Shown: positions 52,526 through 62,147 of the stretch, one piece after another
How the letters are laid out: every line of letters starts with the position of its first letter
How positions within the stretch are numbered: position 1 is the stretch's first letter
DNA from: Fimbriimonadales bacterium
GTDB lineage: Bacteria > Armatimonadota > Fimbriimonadia > Fimbriimonadales > JABRVX01
DNA: 64,000 bases
Assembly (NCBI GenBank): GCA_045862955.1
Contig: BTVI01000011.1
Coordinates: 21,646 to 85,645, forward strand
Direction of reading: 5' to 3'
Notes under the pieces: model-generated
Database searches by the model: none
Told to the model about the DNA's origin: nothing
Seen by the model: only the letters and a program-made list of their open reading frames with translations
Translations under genes and position numbers: made by a program

Positions 52526-52554
52526 ATATTACTCCTGCGTCTAGAAGTTGTCAA
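52526..52554 (-). promoter_or_regulatory. Promoter of the CarH-like gene, probably leaderless
   Basis: TTGACA-N17-TAATAT, then 6 nt, then ATG. Confidence 0.7.
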
Positions 52555-52661
52555 CAATCGTCCTCCTCGCAATGGCCCCGGCTTCGCGTCCTTCGTCAGC
52601 ACGGACAGCCGCAAAGCCCGCAATCCTTCGTGGTTAGAGGGTGGGGGCTTCGGCCGACAAA

Positions 52662-52716
52662 AAAGTAGAAAAAATCTAGACAGGACCTTGACAAACCTTT
52701 AGCGATGCTATATAAT
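52662..52716 (+). promoter_or_regulatory. Consensus sigma70 promoter overlapped by three tandem 11-bp CarH-type operator repeats
   Basis: AAAGTAGAAAA / AATCTAGACAG / GACCTTGACAA (52662-52694); TTGACA(52688)-N17-TATAAT(52711). Confidence 0.8.
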
Positions 52717-52803
52717 CCGACCCGTGAGCGTGCCGAAGAGGTGCACGACCGTCGGGTCGGTCCCCGCAGGCACGGGAACTATCGCGCACAGGAGAAGCAA
52801 GAA

Positions 52804-53025
52804 ATGAAGACATTCGACGTTATCGCAGCGATTCTGCTAGTCATCGGCGGCCTCAACTGGGGCTTGGTCGGTGTCATGCAGTTCGACCTCGTCGCCACGC
52901 TGTTTGGCGAAGGCTCCATTCTGAGCCGCATCGTGTACAGCCTCGTCGGCCTAAGCGCCCTGTATCAGGGACTTCAGTGGAAGGCCATCCAGACCCGCTG
53001 GAACGTTGCGCCCTCTATGAGCTAG
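52804..53025 (+). CDS. DUF378 (YuzA-like) small membrane protein
   Basis: [20 protein letters not shown]...[18 protein letters not shown] upstream. Confidence 0.88.
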   Translation: MKTFDVIAAILLVIGGLNWGLVGVMQFDLVATLFGEGSILSRIVYSLVGLSALYQGLQWKAIQTRWNVAPSMS

Positions 53026-53077
53026 CCCCGACCCGAATTACGCAACCATCATCAACCAAAGCACAGGAGGAAACCAA

Positions 53078-53629
53078 ATGACTAACTCAGCCACCAAGTT
53101 CGGGATTCTCGTTTTCGCATCCATCGCGGCAGTCACCGCCAGTCTCGTGCCACCCGCGAACGCCGACAGCTCGTGCTCTTCGGGCAGCATGAAGAACGTC
53201 GCTTACGCGCCCGAGGTGAAGAAGGACATCGTTGACACCGCCGTCGCCGCGGGCAACTTCAAGGCTCTCGTTGCTGCCGTCCAGAAGGCCGGTCTGGTAG
53301 ACACCCTGAAGGGCGAGGGTCCGTTCACCGTATTCGCACCGACGGACGAGGCGTTTGCCAAGGTCCCGAAGGCCACGCTCGACGCACTCCTCAACGACAA
53401 GGCGAAGCTGACCCAGGTGCTAACCTACCACGTGGTCGCCGGCTCGGTCATGGCCAAGGACGTCGTCAAGCTCAAGTCCGCCAAGACCGTGAATGGTCAG
53501 TCTCTCAGCATCTCCGCCACGAAGAACGGCGTCAAGGTAGGCAATGCCAAGGTCATCAAGACCGACATCTCGGCTTCGAACGGCGTCATTCACGTGATCG
53601 ACACCGTCCTTCTTCCCAGTTTCAAGTAG
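53078..53629 (+). CDS. Secreted fasciclin (FAS1) domain protein
   Basis: Signal peptide; [34 protein letters not shown]. Confidence 0.93.
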   Translation: MTNSATKFGILVFASIAAVTASLVPPANADSSCSSGSMKNVAYAPEVKKDIVDTAVAAGNFKALVAAVQKAGLVDTLKGEGPFTVFAPTDEAFAKVPKATLDALLNDKAKLTQVLTYHVVAGSVMAKDVVKLKSAKTVNGQSLSISATKNGVKVGNAKVIKTDISASNGVIHVIDTVLLPSFK

Positions 53630-53701
53630 ACGCATCAACCGGGGAGGCCGACACGGCCGCCCCTCCAATCAACACTTCTCGATACAGAAAGGAATCGCAG
53701 A

Positions 53702-54103
53702 ATGCCTAACATCGTAGATACCGCAGTCAACGCAGGGACCTTCCAGACACTGGTTACCGCCGTGCAGCATGCCGGACTGGCCGATGCGCTCTCCGGCCCG
53801 GGCCCAATTACCGTCTTCGCACCGACGGACGAAGCCTTCGCCAAGCTACCCGCTGGCACGGTGGACGCTTTGCTTCAGGATATCCCGAGGCTCCAGGCCA
53901 TCCTGAAGTTTCACGTCGTGCCGGGGCGCATGGGCTCGTCCGACGTCGCATCTTCGCAGGAGCTACCGACGCTCAACGGTCAGAGCATCTCGGTGGATGC
54001 GTCGAACGGGGTGAGGGTCAATGGCGCCAACGTAGTCACCGCCGACATCGAGGCAGAGAACGGGATCATTCACGTGATCGATTCGGTCATCCTGCCGAAC
54101 TGA
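53702..54103 (+). CDS. Fasciclin (FAS1) domain protein without signal peptide
   Basis: [33 protein letters not shown] upstream. Confidence 0.93.
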   Translation: MPNIVDTAVNAGTFQTLVTAVQHAGLADALSGPGPITVFAPTDEAFAKLPAGTVDALLQDIPRLQAILKFHVVPGRMGSSDVASSQELPTLNGQSISVDASNGVRVNGANVVTADIEAENGIIHVIDSVILPN

Positions 54104-54127
54104 TTTCACACTCCTGCCGCGCAGGCT

Positions 54128-54156
54128 CGCGCCCCGGCCTTCTGTGCCGGGGCGCG
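54128..54156. terminator. GC-rich hairpin after the second fasciclin gene
   Basis: CGCGCCCCGGC-N7-GCCGGGGCGCG; no U-tract. Confidence 0.45.
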
Positions 54157-54243
54157 GCCATTGAGTGGCGTGAACCGAAGGACAGCGGCTAGCAACGACG
54201 AAGCTAGTGGGCCAACCGCTACAACGCAAGGAGCACGGCAACC

Positions 54244-55245
54244 ATGATTGAAGGCATGGCCGCATTCGAGCCGAAAGCGGAGCTGCGACCGCACGCTTAC
54301 GATCCCGCGCCACTGGGCCCGTACGACATAGAGATCGAGATCACCCACTGTGGGATCTGCCATAGCGACATCCACCTGATTGACGATGACTGGGGCATCA
54401 GCGAGTATCCGCTGGTGCCCGGCCACGAGGTAGTCGGGATCGTGCGGCAGCGGGGTTCCCTCATCAGCGAGCCCGACCTCGGCTCGCGCGTGGGCGTTAG
54501 CTGGCAGTGCGGAAGCTGCATGCAGTGCGAGTGGTGTGTCGCGGGGGACGAAGCAAACTGCCCTACGCAAGTGGCCACCTGCGTTGCTCGCCCAGGGGGC
54601 TTCGCACGGAGCATCCGAGTGGATGGCCGGTTCGCCTACGTGATACCGGAGCCCCTGAGCTCGGAGGGGGCCGCACCACTGCTCTGCGGTGGCATAACGG
54701 TCTACACCCCGTTGCGGAACACTGCTCGGCCTGGGCACCACGTCGGGGTGATCGGCATCGGTGGACTGGGTCATCTGGGGCTTCGGTTCGCCAACGCGAT
54801 GGGTTGCCATGTGACCGCGTTTTCGACCTCACCGAACAAAAGGGAAGAGGCGAAGCGTTTGGGGGCGCACGAGTTCGTCGTATCCACAGACGATAGCGCC
54901 ATGAAGGCGGCGAAGCAGTCCTTAGACTTGTTGCTGACCACCGTACACGTGGACCTGAACTGGCAGGAGTGGTTGAAGCTGCTGCGCCCACACGGCACGC
55001 TCTGCTTCGTCGGGGCTTCCCCAAGCGCTGTGAGCATCGCTCCCATGAGCCTCATCGTAGACGACTTGAAGGTGAGTGGGAGTCACACGGGCAGTCGGCA
55101 CGAGATACGAGAGATGCTCGGCTTCGCGGCGCGCCATGGGATCGAGGCCCAGGTCGAGGTGCTGCCGCTAACCGAGGTCAACTCTGCATTAGCGAGAGTG
55201 CGCGAGAACCGAGCCAGGTACCGGATGGTGCTGGCCGTCGGATAG
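54244..55245 (+). CDS. Zn-dependent alcohol dehydrogenase / aldehyde reductase (CAD, Ahr-like)
   Basis: CGICHSD, GHEVVG, CGSCMQCEWC, PLLCGG, GIGGLG, RYRMVL. Confidence 0.92.
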   Translation: MIEGMAAFEPKAELRPHAYDPAPLGPYDIEIEITHCGICHSDIHLIDDDWGISEYPLVPGHEVVGIVRQRGSLISEPDLGSRVGVSWQCGSCMQCEWCVAGDEANCPTQVATCVARPGGFARSIRVDGRFAYVIPEPLSSEGAAPLLCGGITVYTPLRNTARPGHHVGVIGIGGLGHLGLRFANAMGCHVTAFSTSPNKREEAKRLGAHEFVVSTDDSAMKAAKQSLDLLLTTVHVDLNWQEWLKLLRPHGTLCFVGASPSAVSIAPMSLIVDDLKVSGSHTGSRHEIREMLGFAARHGIEAQVEVLPLTEVNSALARVRENRARYRMVLAVG

Positions 55246-55296
55246 GCGATCCCGACGGATTCCCAAGCCTGCAACCTGCTGGTGTACACTCGCGTC

Positions 55297-56928
55297 ATGA
55301 GCGCGAACCCCCGCTGGCTGCAGTCCTACTCCGGTGTCCGGGCGGTCGTTGGGCTCGGCCCCGAAGTTCTCGATGAGGACAAGCTCTTCGCTTTCCGGCA
55401 TGCGTACTGCTATGCGATGTCGCGTCTGCACGCGTGGCCATCCCCCAATGCGCGCTTCGTCTTCGCGCGCGACCCCCGACCGACGGGCCCGGCGCTGGCT
55501 GACCAACAGGCGGCAGGGGTCGCGGCGGCTTGCCGAGACCTCGGTGTGCAAGTCGAAGTGATCGATCTGGGTGTGGTCACTACGCCGGTGTGGCAGCACG
55601 CTGTTCGGGTGTTCGAGGCTCACGGCGGGGTGATGGTTACAGCTAGCCACAACCCGCTCGACAACAACGGGTGGAAGTATGCGACCGGTGTCGAGACCTA
55701 CGGTGTGGACCCTGCACCTCCCGGTGCCCTTCTCTCGCCCGCGGAAATGGGCAACCTGATTCGGGCTGCAAACTCCTTCTCCCCGCAGCGCACGTCAGTC
55801 GAAGTACATCGCACGGAAAAGCGATCGGATGCTGTCGAGCACTATCTCCAATTCATCCGTGACGCCTTCCGGTTTCGGGCCGCCGGCGGTTCGGTAGTTC
55901 TCGACCCGAATGGCGGCGCCGCTTGCGGCATCGCAGAAGATCTCTTCGTGTCCCTCGGTGTACGGCCGATCGTGGTAAACGGAGAGCTTGGACTGCCCGG
56001 GCACCTGATCGATGTGGAGGCGGGAGGGGCGCCAGGAAAAGGCCACGTGCTGGATGCTTTGGCAGAGCAGGTGCGCGCCGAGGGTGCACTCTTCGGCCTC
56101 GCCTACGACTTCGATGCGGACCGCGGCAACCTGACTTACCTGCGGACGGATGGTGCGACTGCCATCCCGTCGCCGCAGGCGGTAGCGGCTATCAACACGG
56201 CTATTGCCCTCGCCGTCCACAAGCGATCCGGCGATTCGCGGCCTGCAGCGGTCGTGCTGTCCGACGGAACTTCGACCCGCGTCTGGCGTATCGCTGACGC
56301 ATTCGGCGCGCGCGTCTCCGAGGTAGAGACCGGCGAAATCAACGTGGTGACCCAAATGCGCGGGCTAGAGGAGCAGGGTTTTGCTGCGGTCGTCGGCGTC
56401 GAGGGGCCGAACGGGGGAACAGTGGTTGCCGGAACGACCTGTAGGGACGGGTCGCTGGTCGGTGCGGGAGCCTTGCTTGCGTGCACAGATGAGGCACTGC
56501 GCTCGCTCGTTCGCGAGACACTTGCCCCCGATAGAGTGCCCGCTCCAGGGCTGGCGGGCTTCATCTCCCTACTACCCTACGCACGCTCCATAGCGGAGAG
56601 GCGCACCATCGAGCCCATGGAGTGGTCACGATTCGTGGACCATCTGGAGGAGCGCGCGCGGGAACGCTTCGCCGAGCGACTGGCATCGGTCTGGAGCGAC
56701 TACTCCTTCCGGTACTCCTACACGCGATATGCAGGGCCGGAGCGCCCCCATGCGGCACTCTACGGCTGGAAGCTATGTCTTTCTAGCCCGGAAGGGCAGG
56801 GGTTTCTCTGGGTCCGGGCGTCGAAGACGGAGGCGGGTGTACTACGCATGATAGCGGACGCTCCGGACGAGCCGCGTGCCTTGGAACTGCTCGCCTTCGG
56901 CTCAGAGCTGCTGGCGAACCAAGGTTGA
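55297..56928 (+). CDS. Alpha-D-phosphohexomutase family protein (divergent)
   Basis: RDPRPTG, VTASHNP, YDFDADR, VRASKTE; TACACT 6 nt before ATG 55297. Confidence 0.85.
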   Translation: MSANPRWLQSYSGVRAVVGLGPEVLDEDKLFAFRHAYCYAMSRLHAWPSPNARFVFARDPRPTGPALADQQAAGVAAACRDLGVQVEVIDLGVVTTPVWQHAVRVFEAHGGVMVTASHNPLDNNGWKYATGVETYGVDPAPPGALLSPAEMGNLIRAANSFSPQRTSVEVHRTEKRSDAVEHYLQFIRDAFRFRAAGGSVVLDPNGGAACGIAEDLFVSLGVRPIVVNGELGLPGHLIDVEAGGAPGKGHVLDALAEQVRAEGALFGLAYDFDADRGNLTYLRTDGATAIPSPQAVAAINTAIALAVHKRSGDSRPAAVVLSDGTSTRVWRIADAFGARVSEVETGEINVVTQMRGLEEQGFAAVVGVEGPNGGTVVAGTTCRDGSLVGAGALLACTDEALRSLVRETLAPDRVPAPGLAGFISLLPYARSIAERRTIEPMEWSRFVDHLEERARERFAERLASVWSDYSFRYSYTRYAGPERPHAALYGWKLCLSSPEGQGFLWVRASKTEAGVLRMIADAPDEPRALELLAFGSELLANQG

Positions 56929-56929
56929 G

Positions 56930-57970
56930 CTAGGGTTTCCTTCTCGGTCCGCTCGGCGATCCAATTACGCGCTTCTCTCGAATGAGCGACTTGCCGTCCA
57001 AAGGCGGGCGAAACGAGGCGAGATCGAGACCGAAGGCGTCGAGAATGGTCGGCGCGATGTCCACTCGCTTGCCAGGAACCAATCCCCGAGGGTCGTTGGT
57101 CGCAAGAGTCACGTACGGTGCGTTCTTGTGCGTCTTCTGACCCTCGTCGAAGCCGTGGTCGGCCGTCACGTACACGATGGTCTTGTCGTAGATGCCGAGC
57201 TCCCGTAGCTTTGCCAGGATGCGTCCAGTCCATCGGTCGTTGGAGATCAAGGCGTCGTTGTACTCCTTGGAGTTCTCGCCGAACCGGTGGCCGTTGTGGT
57301 CCACCGAGGCGAAGTGAACGAAGAAGAAGAACGGTCGGTCACGGTACTTCTCGAGTAGCTCGAGCGTCAGTTCGCCGACCTTGTCATCTTCGATCAGGCC
57401 GTTGCGCCAAAAGTCGAGCGCGGGAGAGGCGTTGTAGTACGGCTTGCCCGGCACCACGAGATACGTCGTGCCGTCCTCCTCCACGATGCGGCCTCCCCCT
57501 CTCAGGAGCTGTCTGCGCCTCTCCGGCGAGATGTTCGGGCGTAGAGGGCGCCTGATAGGAGGGCCGTCATCCACGTTGCCCAGTTTCCCGATTACCGCGA
57601 CGGTGACGAAGCGGTTGGGCCCGAAGTGCTGCTCCAGCCGCTCGAAGACCGTAAGACCTTTCGGGATGGGTTGGTAGCGAAGGTTGCTGTACACGCCGGT
57701 GACCTCGGGGTCGTAGCCGGTGAGAATCTGGCTCCAGCCCGCCTTGGTGTCGGTCACGCCCTCGATAACGATGTCAACCAGCGCGCCTTCTTTCGAGAGT
57801 CGGGCGAGCGTCGGGAGTTCGCCCCGCTGCAGGCACTCCTGAATGTGCGCGCGCTGAGCCCCATCCCAGCCTATCAGGATGACGTTCTTCGCCGGCTCTC
57901 CCGCGGTGGGCGCCCATGCCGCGGCGGCAAGCAACAGGAGTACCGTTGCGCCTATCCTCCTCAATGTCAT
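56930..57970 (-). CDS. Secreted alkaline phosphatase superfamily protein
   Basis: Signal peptide; VILIGWDG, TDTKAGW, DHNGH, VTADHG. Confidence 0.82.
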   Translation of the reverse strand: MTLRRIGATVLLLLAAAAWAPTAGEPAKNVILIGWDGAQRAHIQECLQRGELPTLARLSKEGALVDIVIEGVTDTKAGWSQILTGYDPEVTGVYSNLRYQPIPKGLTVFERLEQHFGPNRFVTVAVIGKLGNVDDGPPIRRPLRPNISPERRRQLLRGGGRIVEEDGTTYLVVPGKPYYNASPALDFWRNGLIEDDKVGELTLELLEKYRDRPFFFFVHFASVDHNGHRFGENSKEYNDALISNDRWTGRILAKLRELGIYDKTIVYVTADHGFDEGQKTHKNAPYVTLATNDPRGLVPGKRVDIAPTILDAFGLDLASFRPPLDGKSLIREKRVIGSPSGPRRKP

Positions 57971-58147
57971 GCCTCCCCTGTGCCATCTTCCACAATGATT
58001 GCTAGACGTAAGACGTGGGCTGTTGTTCAGGCGCCGATGCATCGTCCCCGTGCTCCGTCGGGAATACCTAGCGACTTCCCAGCACAGCCGTTCCCAGAAT
58101 CGCTTTCGACTCGCGCGATTCTACGCGCATGGGAAGGAGAGTTCGAC

Positions 58148-58560
58148 ATGCGTACAGGATGGCCATACGGGCAGACATCGCCCTCTAGGCTGTCGTCCTG
58201 TCCGCTCTGCTCGCCTCGGTGGCTGGTGCTGCCGGCCTCCCCCTTCAGTCCCCCGCAGGCTCGGAGAAGCAAGCCGTTATGGCGGAGGCTCTTGCCGTCA
58301 AGCTACGAGAGATGCGCCTTCTGAAATAATACGGGCTCGCCACGGTTGCCGCACACTGGGCGAAATGGTGAAGAGCAGTGCGGTTCCGACAGATCCGGTG
58401 ACCGTCGCGAACATGCGGTTGCTGCTTCAGCAGATGTCGGAGATGCAGGAGGACATCGAAGGCATTCTGGGTTGGGTCGAGGGCCAGAACGAGGCTCTCC
58501 TTCCACGAGCGAGGAACTCCGCGAGATCCAGCGGACTGCTGGCGACATAGCCTACGGTAG
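58148..58560 (+). pseudogene. Probable remnant of a secreted coiled-coil protein
   Basis: GGAAGGAG RBS; signal-like AL*AVVLSALLASVAGA with an in-frame TAG; heptad-like MRLLLQQMSEMQEDIEGILGWVE and EELREIQR in shifted frames. Confidence 0.4.
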
Positions 58561-58630
58561 AGTTGCCTACTTCAAAGGCAAGAATGGCGTGAAGACCCCG
58601 CCGGTCGCTTCGGATAGCGCGTCCGACCTC

Positions 58631-59107
58631 TTAGAACGGTTGCAGGCGAATCAGCACTAGGATGCAAGCAACTGCCACCGCCGCAAGTACGGGCAGGGCG
58701 ACGAACCAGGATGGTCGCTTTGCCTCGGGTGAGCGAATCAGGTCGTACAGCTTCGTTGCAGCAACGAAGTGCAATCCAATCAACACGACGACCAAGCCCA
58801 GCTTCGCGTGGAACCAGCCCTGCTGCAGCTTCTGGGGCTCGAAAGCGAGCAACGACCAGAGCCCGCCAGCCAGCAGGATCAGAAAGCCCGGGGCAACCGC
58901 CCAATTGTGAAGAGAACGTACCACCGAAAGGGCGGCTCGGCGTTCGTCCGCGTTTTGCGCTGCCGAGGCCCGCGAGACCAGGATGGTCATGCTGAGCAGC
59001 CCCCCGACCCAGGAGATCACCCCGAAAACGTGCAGAATCCAAGCCACATGGTGAGCCGCCACGGCGCCCTCTGATGCAGTCGCTATGGGCAGCAGTCCGA
59101 ACAACAT
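58631..59107 (-). CDS. HemJ/CopD-like membrane protein
   Basis: LHVFGVISWVGGL and GWFHAKLGLV..LIGLH; GGAGG before ATG 59107; lacks the canonical YLPRL. Confidence 0.7.
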   Translation of the reverse strand: MLFGLLPIATASEGAVAAHHVAWILHVFGVISWVGGLLSMTILVSRASAAQNADERRAALSVVRSLHNWAVAPGFLILLAGGLWSLLAFEPQKLQQGWFHAKLGLVVVLIGLHFVAATKLYDLIRSPEAKRPSWFVALPVLAAVAVACILVLIRLQPF

Positions 59108-59205
59108 GAGCTTCCTCCTTCCTGCCCGATCGTACCGGTTTCGCGATCTTAGGGGCACGAGGGGCATGGGACACGAGCGACGGAACCGGGTGCAGGCGTG
59201 ACACA

Positions 59206-60129
59206 ATGATCACGGAGCATCGCCATTTGAAGAAAACGGTCCTGTTCGTTTCTGGGTTGGCCCTCTGGCTGTTTCGAGGCCTGTTTCGCGTGCTGCCGCA
59301 TCGCGTGGCGGTGGCTCTGGGTGCGGCTATCGGCGCGTTGGCCTACATCCTGGCACGCCGCAGACGCGCGCTGGCCTTGGCCAACCTCGGCGCCGCCTTT
59401 CCGGACAAGGAGCCCCAGCAGATAACGGAGATTGCCAAGAGGGTGTTTCAGAACTTCGGACGCACCGCGGCGGAGTTCTTGAGAACCAGACACCTTAGTG
59501 CCGACACGGTGTCCAAACTGGTGGAGATTCAGGGCATCGAGCATGTGGACCGCGCTCTACGGGAAGGGAAGGGCGCGTTGATGATCACCGCACACTTCGG
59601 CAACTGGGAACTGATGGCGCGCTACTTGACTGACCGTGGCTACCGGCTGTCCGTGGTCGCGCGGGACGCGAACGACCGGAGGACGACTGAGATCGTGAAT
59701 GAGATCCGTCGCGACAACGGGTATCAGGTCTTCAGTCGCGGTAACGCCGCCAAGTTCATCCTCGGATGCCTTCGCCGCAACGAGTTGGTCGGAATCTTGC
59801 CCGATCAGAACGCGGGAGACGTCTACCTGCGCTTCTTCGGCAGAGAGTGCGGCAGCGTTCTCGGACCAGCCGTGATCCATCTCCGCACGGGCGCGCCGCT
59901 GATCCCCATCTTCTGTGTGCGGCTTCCTGGCGACCGCCACCGTATCGAGGTCCATCCGCCAATCGAGACTTCCCTGACTGGCGATACCGACCGAGACGCA
60001 AGAGCAATCATGGAGGCGGTGCAAGCGGCTATCGAGCGCCAGGTTCGGCGCTATCCCGATCAGTGGCTCTGGTTCCACGACCGGTGGAAGTCGGCGCGCA
60101 GAAGGGAAGAGGCGGCCCGTGTCGGTTGA
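59206..60129 (+). CDS. Lipid A late acyltransferase family (LpxL/HtrB-like)
   Basis: ALANL..AFP, TAHFGNWE, ILPDQ, PDQWLWFHDRWK. Confidence 0.88.
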   Translation: MITEHRHLKKTVLFVSGLALWLFRGLFRVLPHRVAVALGAAIGALAYILARRRRALALANLGAAFPDKEPQQITEIAKRVFQNFGRTAAEFLRTRHLSADTVSKLVEIQGIEHVDRALREGKGALMITAHFGNWELMARYLTDRGYRLSVVARDANDRRTTEIVNEIRRDNGYQVFSRGNAAKFILGCLRRNELVGILPDQNAGDVYLRFFGRECGSVLGPAVIHLRTGAPLIPIFCVRLPGDRHRIEVHPPIETSLTGDTDRDARAIMEAVQAAIERQVRRYPDQWLWFHDRWKSARRREEAARVG

Positions 60130-61147
60130 CATGTCGGCGGTTCGCAACGTCTTGATGGTTCGGCTGTCAGCCATCGGCGACGTCGTACACACCATGCCGG
60201 TGGCCGCTGCTCTCAAGCGCTCATTCCCGCACATCCGGCTCGTCTGGGCTGTGGAGGATCGCTGCGCGGAACTCGTCGAGTGCAACTGCTACGTGGATGA
60301 GGTCTTTTCGCTGCCTCGCCATGCATGGAGAATGCGGCGGCTCAGCCCGAAGACGTGGCTCGACGGCGGTTCCAAGCTCCTCGAACTGCGGCGCAGGCGC
60401 TTCGACCTAGCGCTAGACCTGCAGGGCCTTCTCAAGAGCGCGGTCGTGGCTCTCGCTTCTGGAGCACCGGTGCGCCTGGGCTACCACTGGCAGAGGGAGG
60501 GAGCGCGGTTCTTGGTGAAGGGGGTACCCCCTCCGACAGAGCCTTCGCATGTCGTCGAGCAGTATCTCGATGTGGTTCGCGCTCTCGGTGGTGAAGTGGA
60601 GCCGGTGGACTTCGGTCTCGGCATTCCCGATGCGGCGGTGGCTTCGATTCGACGCCTGCTGCGTGACCTCGGGGTGTCCTCACCCTACGCAGTGATCAAC
60701 CCTTCCGCAGGGCACCCGAGAAAGCGTTGGCCTCCTGAGCGCTTTGCCGTCGTGTGTGAGCGATTGCGGGCAGAGGGCGTCGCGCCGGTGCTGGTCGGGC
60801 ACTCCTCGGATGCGCCGATTGCCGCTGATATCCAGTCGGCATGCCCTGGTAGGGTAGCGGACGCGGTCGGTCGCACCAGCCTGGTCGAGCTGGCGGCGCT
60901 GATTCGCGATTCGCGCTTGCACATCGCGGGCGACACAGGGTCTGTTCACATGGCTGCAGCACTCGGCGTCCCGCTCGTGGCGCTCTATGCGGCAACGGAT
61001 CCGGCCCGAAGCGGTCCATACGGATGTCTGAGCAGTGTGGTCAGTGCGTATCGCCCCGACGGCGGTGGGTCTCTCGAGGATCTGTCAGTCGACGCGGTTT
61101 GGGAACGGGTTGTTCAACAACTCGATCGGGTGAGGAGCCGTGTCTGA
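60119..61147 (+). CDS. GT9 LPS heptosyltransferase (WaaC-like)
   Basis: VRLSAIGDVVH, DLQGLLKS, KRWP, GDTGSVHMAAALG. Confidence 0.88.
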   Translation: MSVDMSAVRNVLMVRLSAIGDVVHTMPVAAALKRSFPHIRLVWAVEDRCAELVECNCYVDEVFSLPRHAWRMRRLSPKTWLDGGSKLLELRRRRFDLALDLQGLLKSAVVALASGAPVRLGYHWQREGARFLVKGVPPPTEPSHVVEQYLDVVRALGGEVEPVDFGLGIPDAAVASIRRLLRDLGVSSPYAVINPSAGHPRKRWPPERFAVVCERLRAEGVAPVLVGHSSDAPIAADIQSACPGRVADAVGRTSLVELAALIRDSRLHIAGDTGSVHMAAALGVPLVALYAATDPARSGPYGCLSSVVSAYRPDGGGSLEDLSVDAVWERVVQQLDRVRSRV

Positions 61148-62147
61148 TACGAGAAGCATCCTCTGCGTGACGAAGTCCAGGTACATCGGTGACACGGTGC
61201 TCGGCATCCCTGCTATGCGTGCCCTTCGCGAAGCCTTCCCCGAGGCCGAGATGGACCTGCTCACCGGCCCAGCCGCTGCCGCTACCATGGCCGAATGCCC
61301 GTGGTTTCGTGAGATACTTGTCGAACAGCCGGGAGCGGAGCGCGCTCCCGCAGCCGTGTTGCGCAGAGCTCGCGAGCTGCGAGCGAGGCACTACGACCTC
61401 GCGGTGCTGTTCAACCGATCGGTAAGGAGCGCCGTTCTCGCCTGGCTCGGCAAGATCCCGATTCGTGTGGGTTTCTCGGTCGAGATGCGCGGCCCTCTGT
61501 TGACCCACAAGGTTCCCTACGACCGCTCACTGCACGAGATCGATTGCTTGATGGCGCTTGCCGAGGCTGTCGGCGCCAGCTCTGTGGACCGCCGGCTCGA
61601 GCTGTGGGTAAGTCCAAACGAACAAGATGTCTGTCGCGCTCACGGCCTGGCCCCCAAGCGATACGTGTGCTTCGCTTGCGGAGCGAATGAGCCGCACTTG
61701 CGCCTTTGGCCCCCCGAGTACTTCGTCCGTGTTGGCGAGGAGCTTGCCAACTGGGGCTACCGGATCGTTCTCTTAGGCAGCGAGGGTGAGCGAGCCGCGA
61801 CGAAGCCCGTCGCCGAGGCGCTGCGTGATACCGCCCTCGATCTGTCCGGGCGGACCAGTATCCGTGAGGCTCTTGGCTGGATATCTCGAGCGGCACTTTA
61901 CGTCTCGGCAGAAACCGGCCTCTCGCACTGCGCGGTCGCGCTGGGCACCCCGAGCATCGTAATCCACGGCCCGACGAAGTGGCGGCGATGGGGGCATCAG
62001 ACGGAGACTGCCGTCGCACTGTGGACCGACCTGGGCTCGGCGAATCCGACGCCACGGGACATCCAGGCGTGCTTGCGAGCCGTTCATCCCCAGAGAGTGG
62101 TCGAGGCGGCACGCACCCTGATCAAGGAGCCCTCCCTTGCCCCGTGA
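61140..62147 (+). CDS. GT9 LPS heptosyltransferase (WaaF-like)
   Basis: RYIGDTVL, LWP, DLSGRTS, ETGLSHCAVALG, HGPT. Confidence 0.85.
   Translation: MSDTRSILCVTKSRYIGDTVLGIPAMRALREAFPEAEMDLLTGPAAAATMAECPWFREILVEQPGAERAPAAVLRRARELRARHYDLAVLFNRSVRSAVLAWLGKIPIRVGFSVEMRGPLLTHKVPYDRSLHEIDCLMALAEAVGASSVDRRLELWVSPNEQDVCRAHGLAPKRYVCFACGANEPHLRLWPPEYFVRVGEELANWGYRIVLLGSEGERAATKPVAEALRDTALDLSGRTSIREALGWISRAALYVSAETGLSHCAVALGTPSIVIHGPTKWRRWGHQTETAVALWTDLGSANPTPRDIQACLRAVHPQRVVEAARTLIKEPSLAP

Noticed and set aside
58631..59107. Firm hemJ assignment
   Set aside because: The family motifs are only partly present and no heme biosynthesis genes are adjacent.
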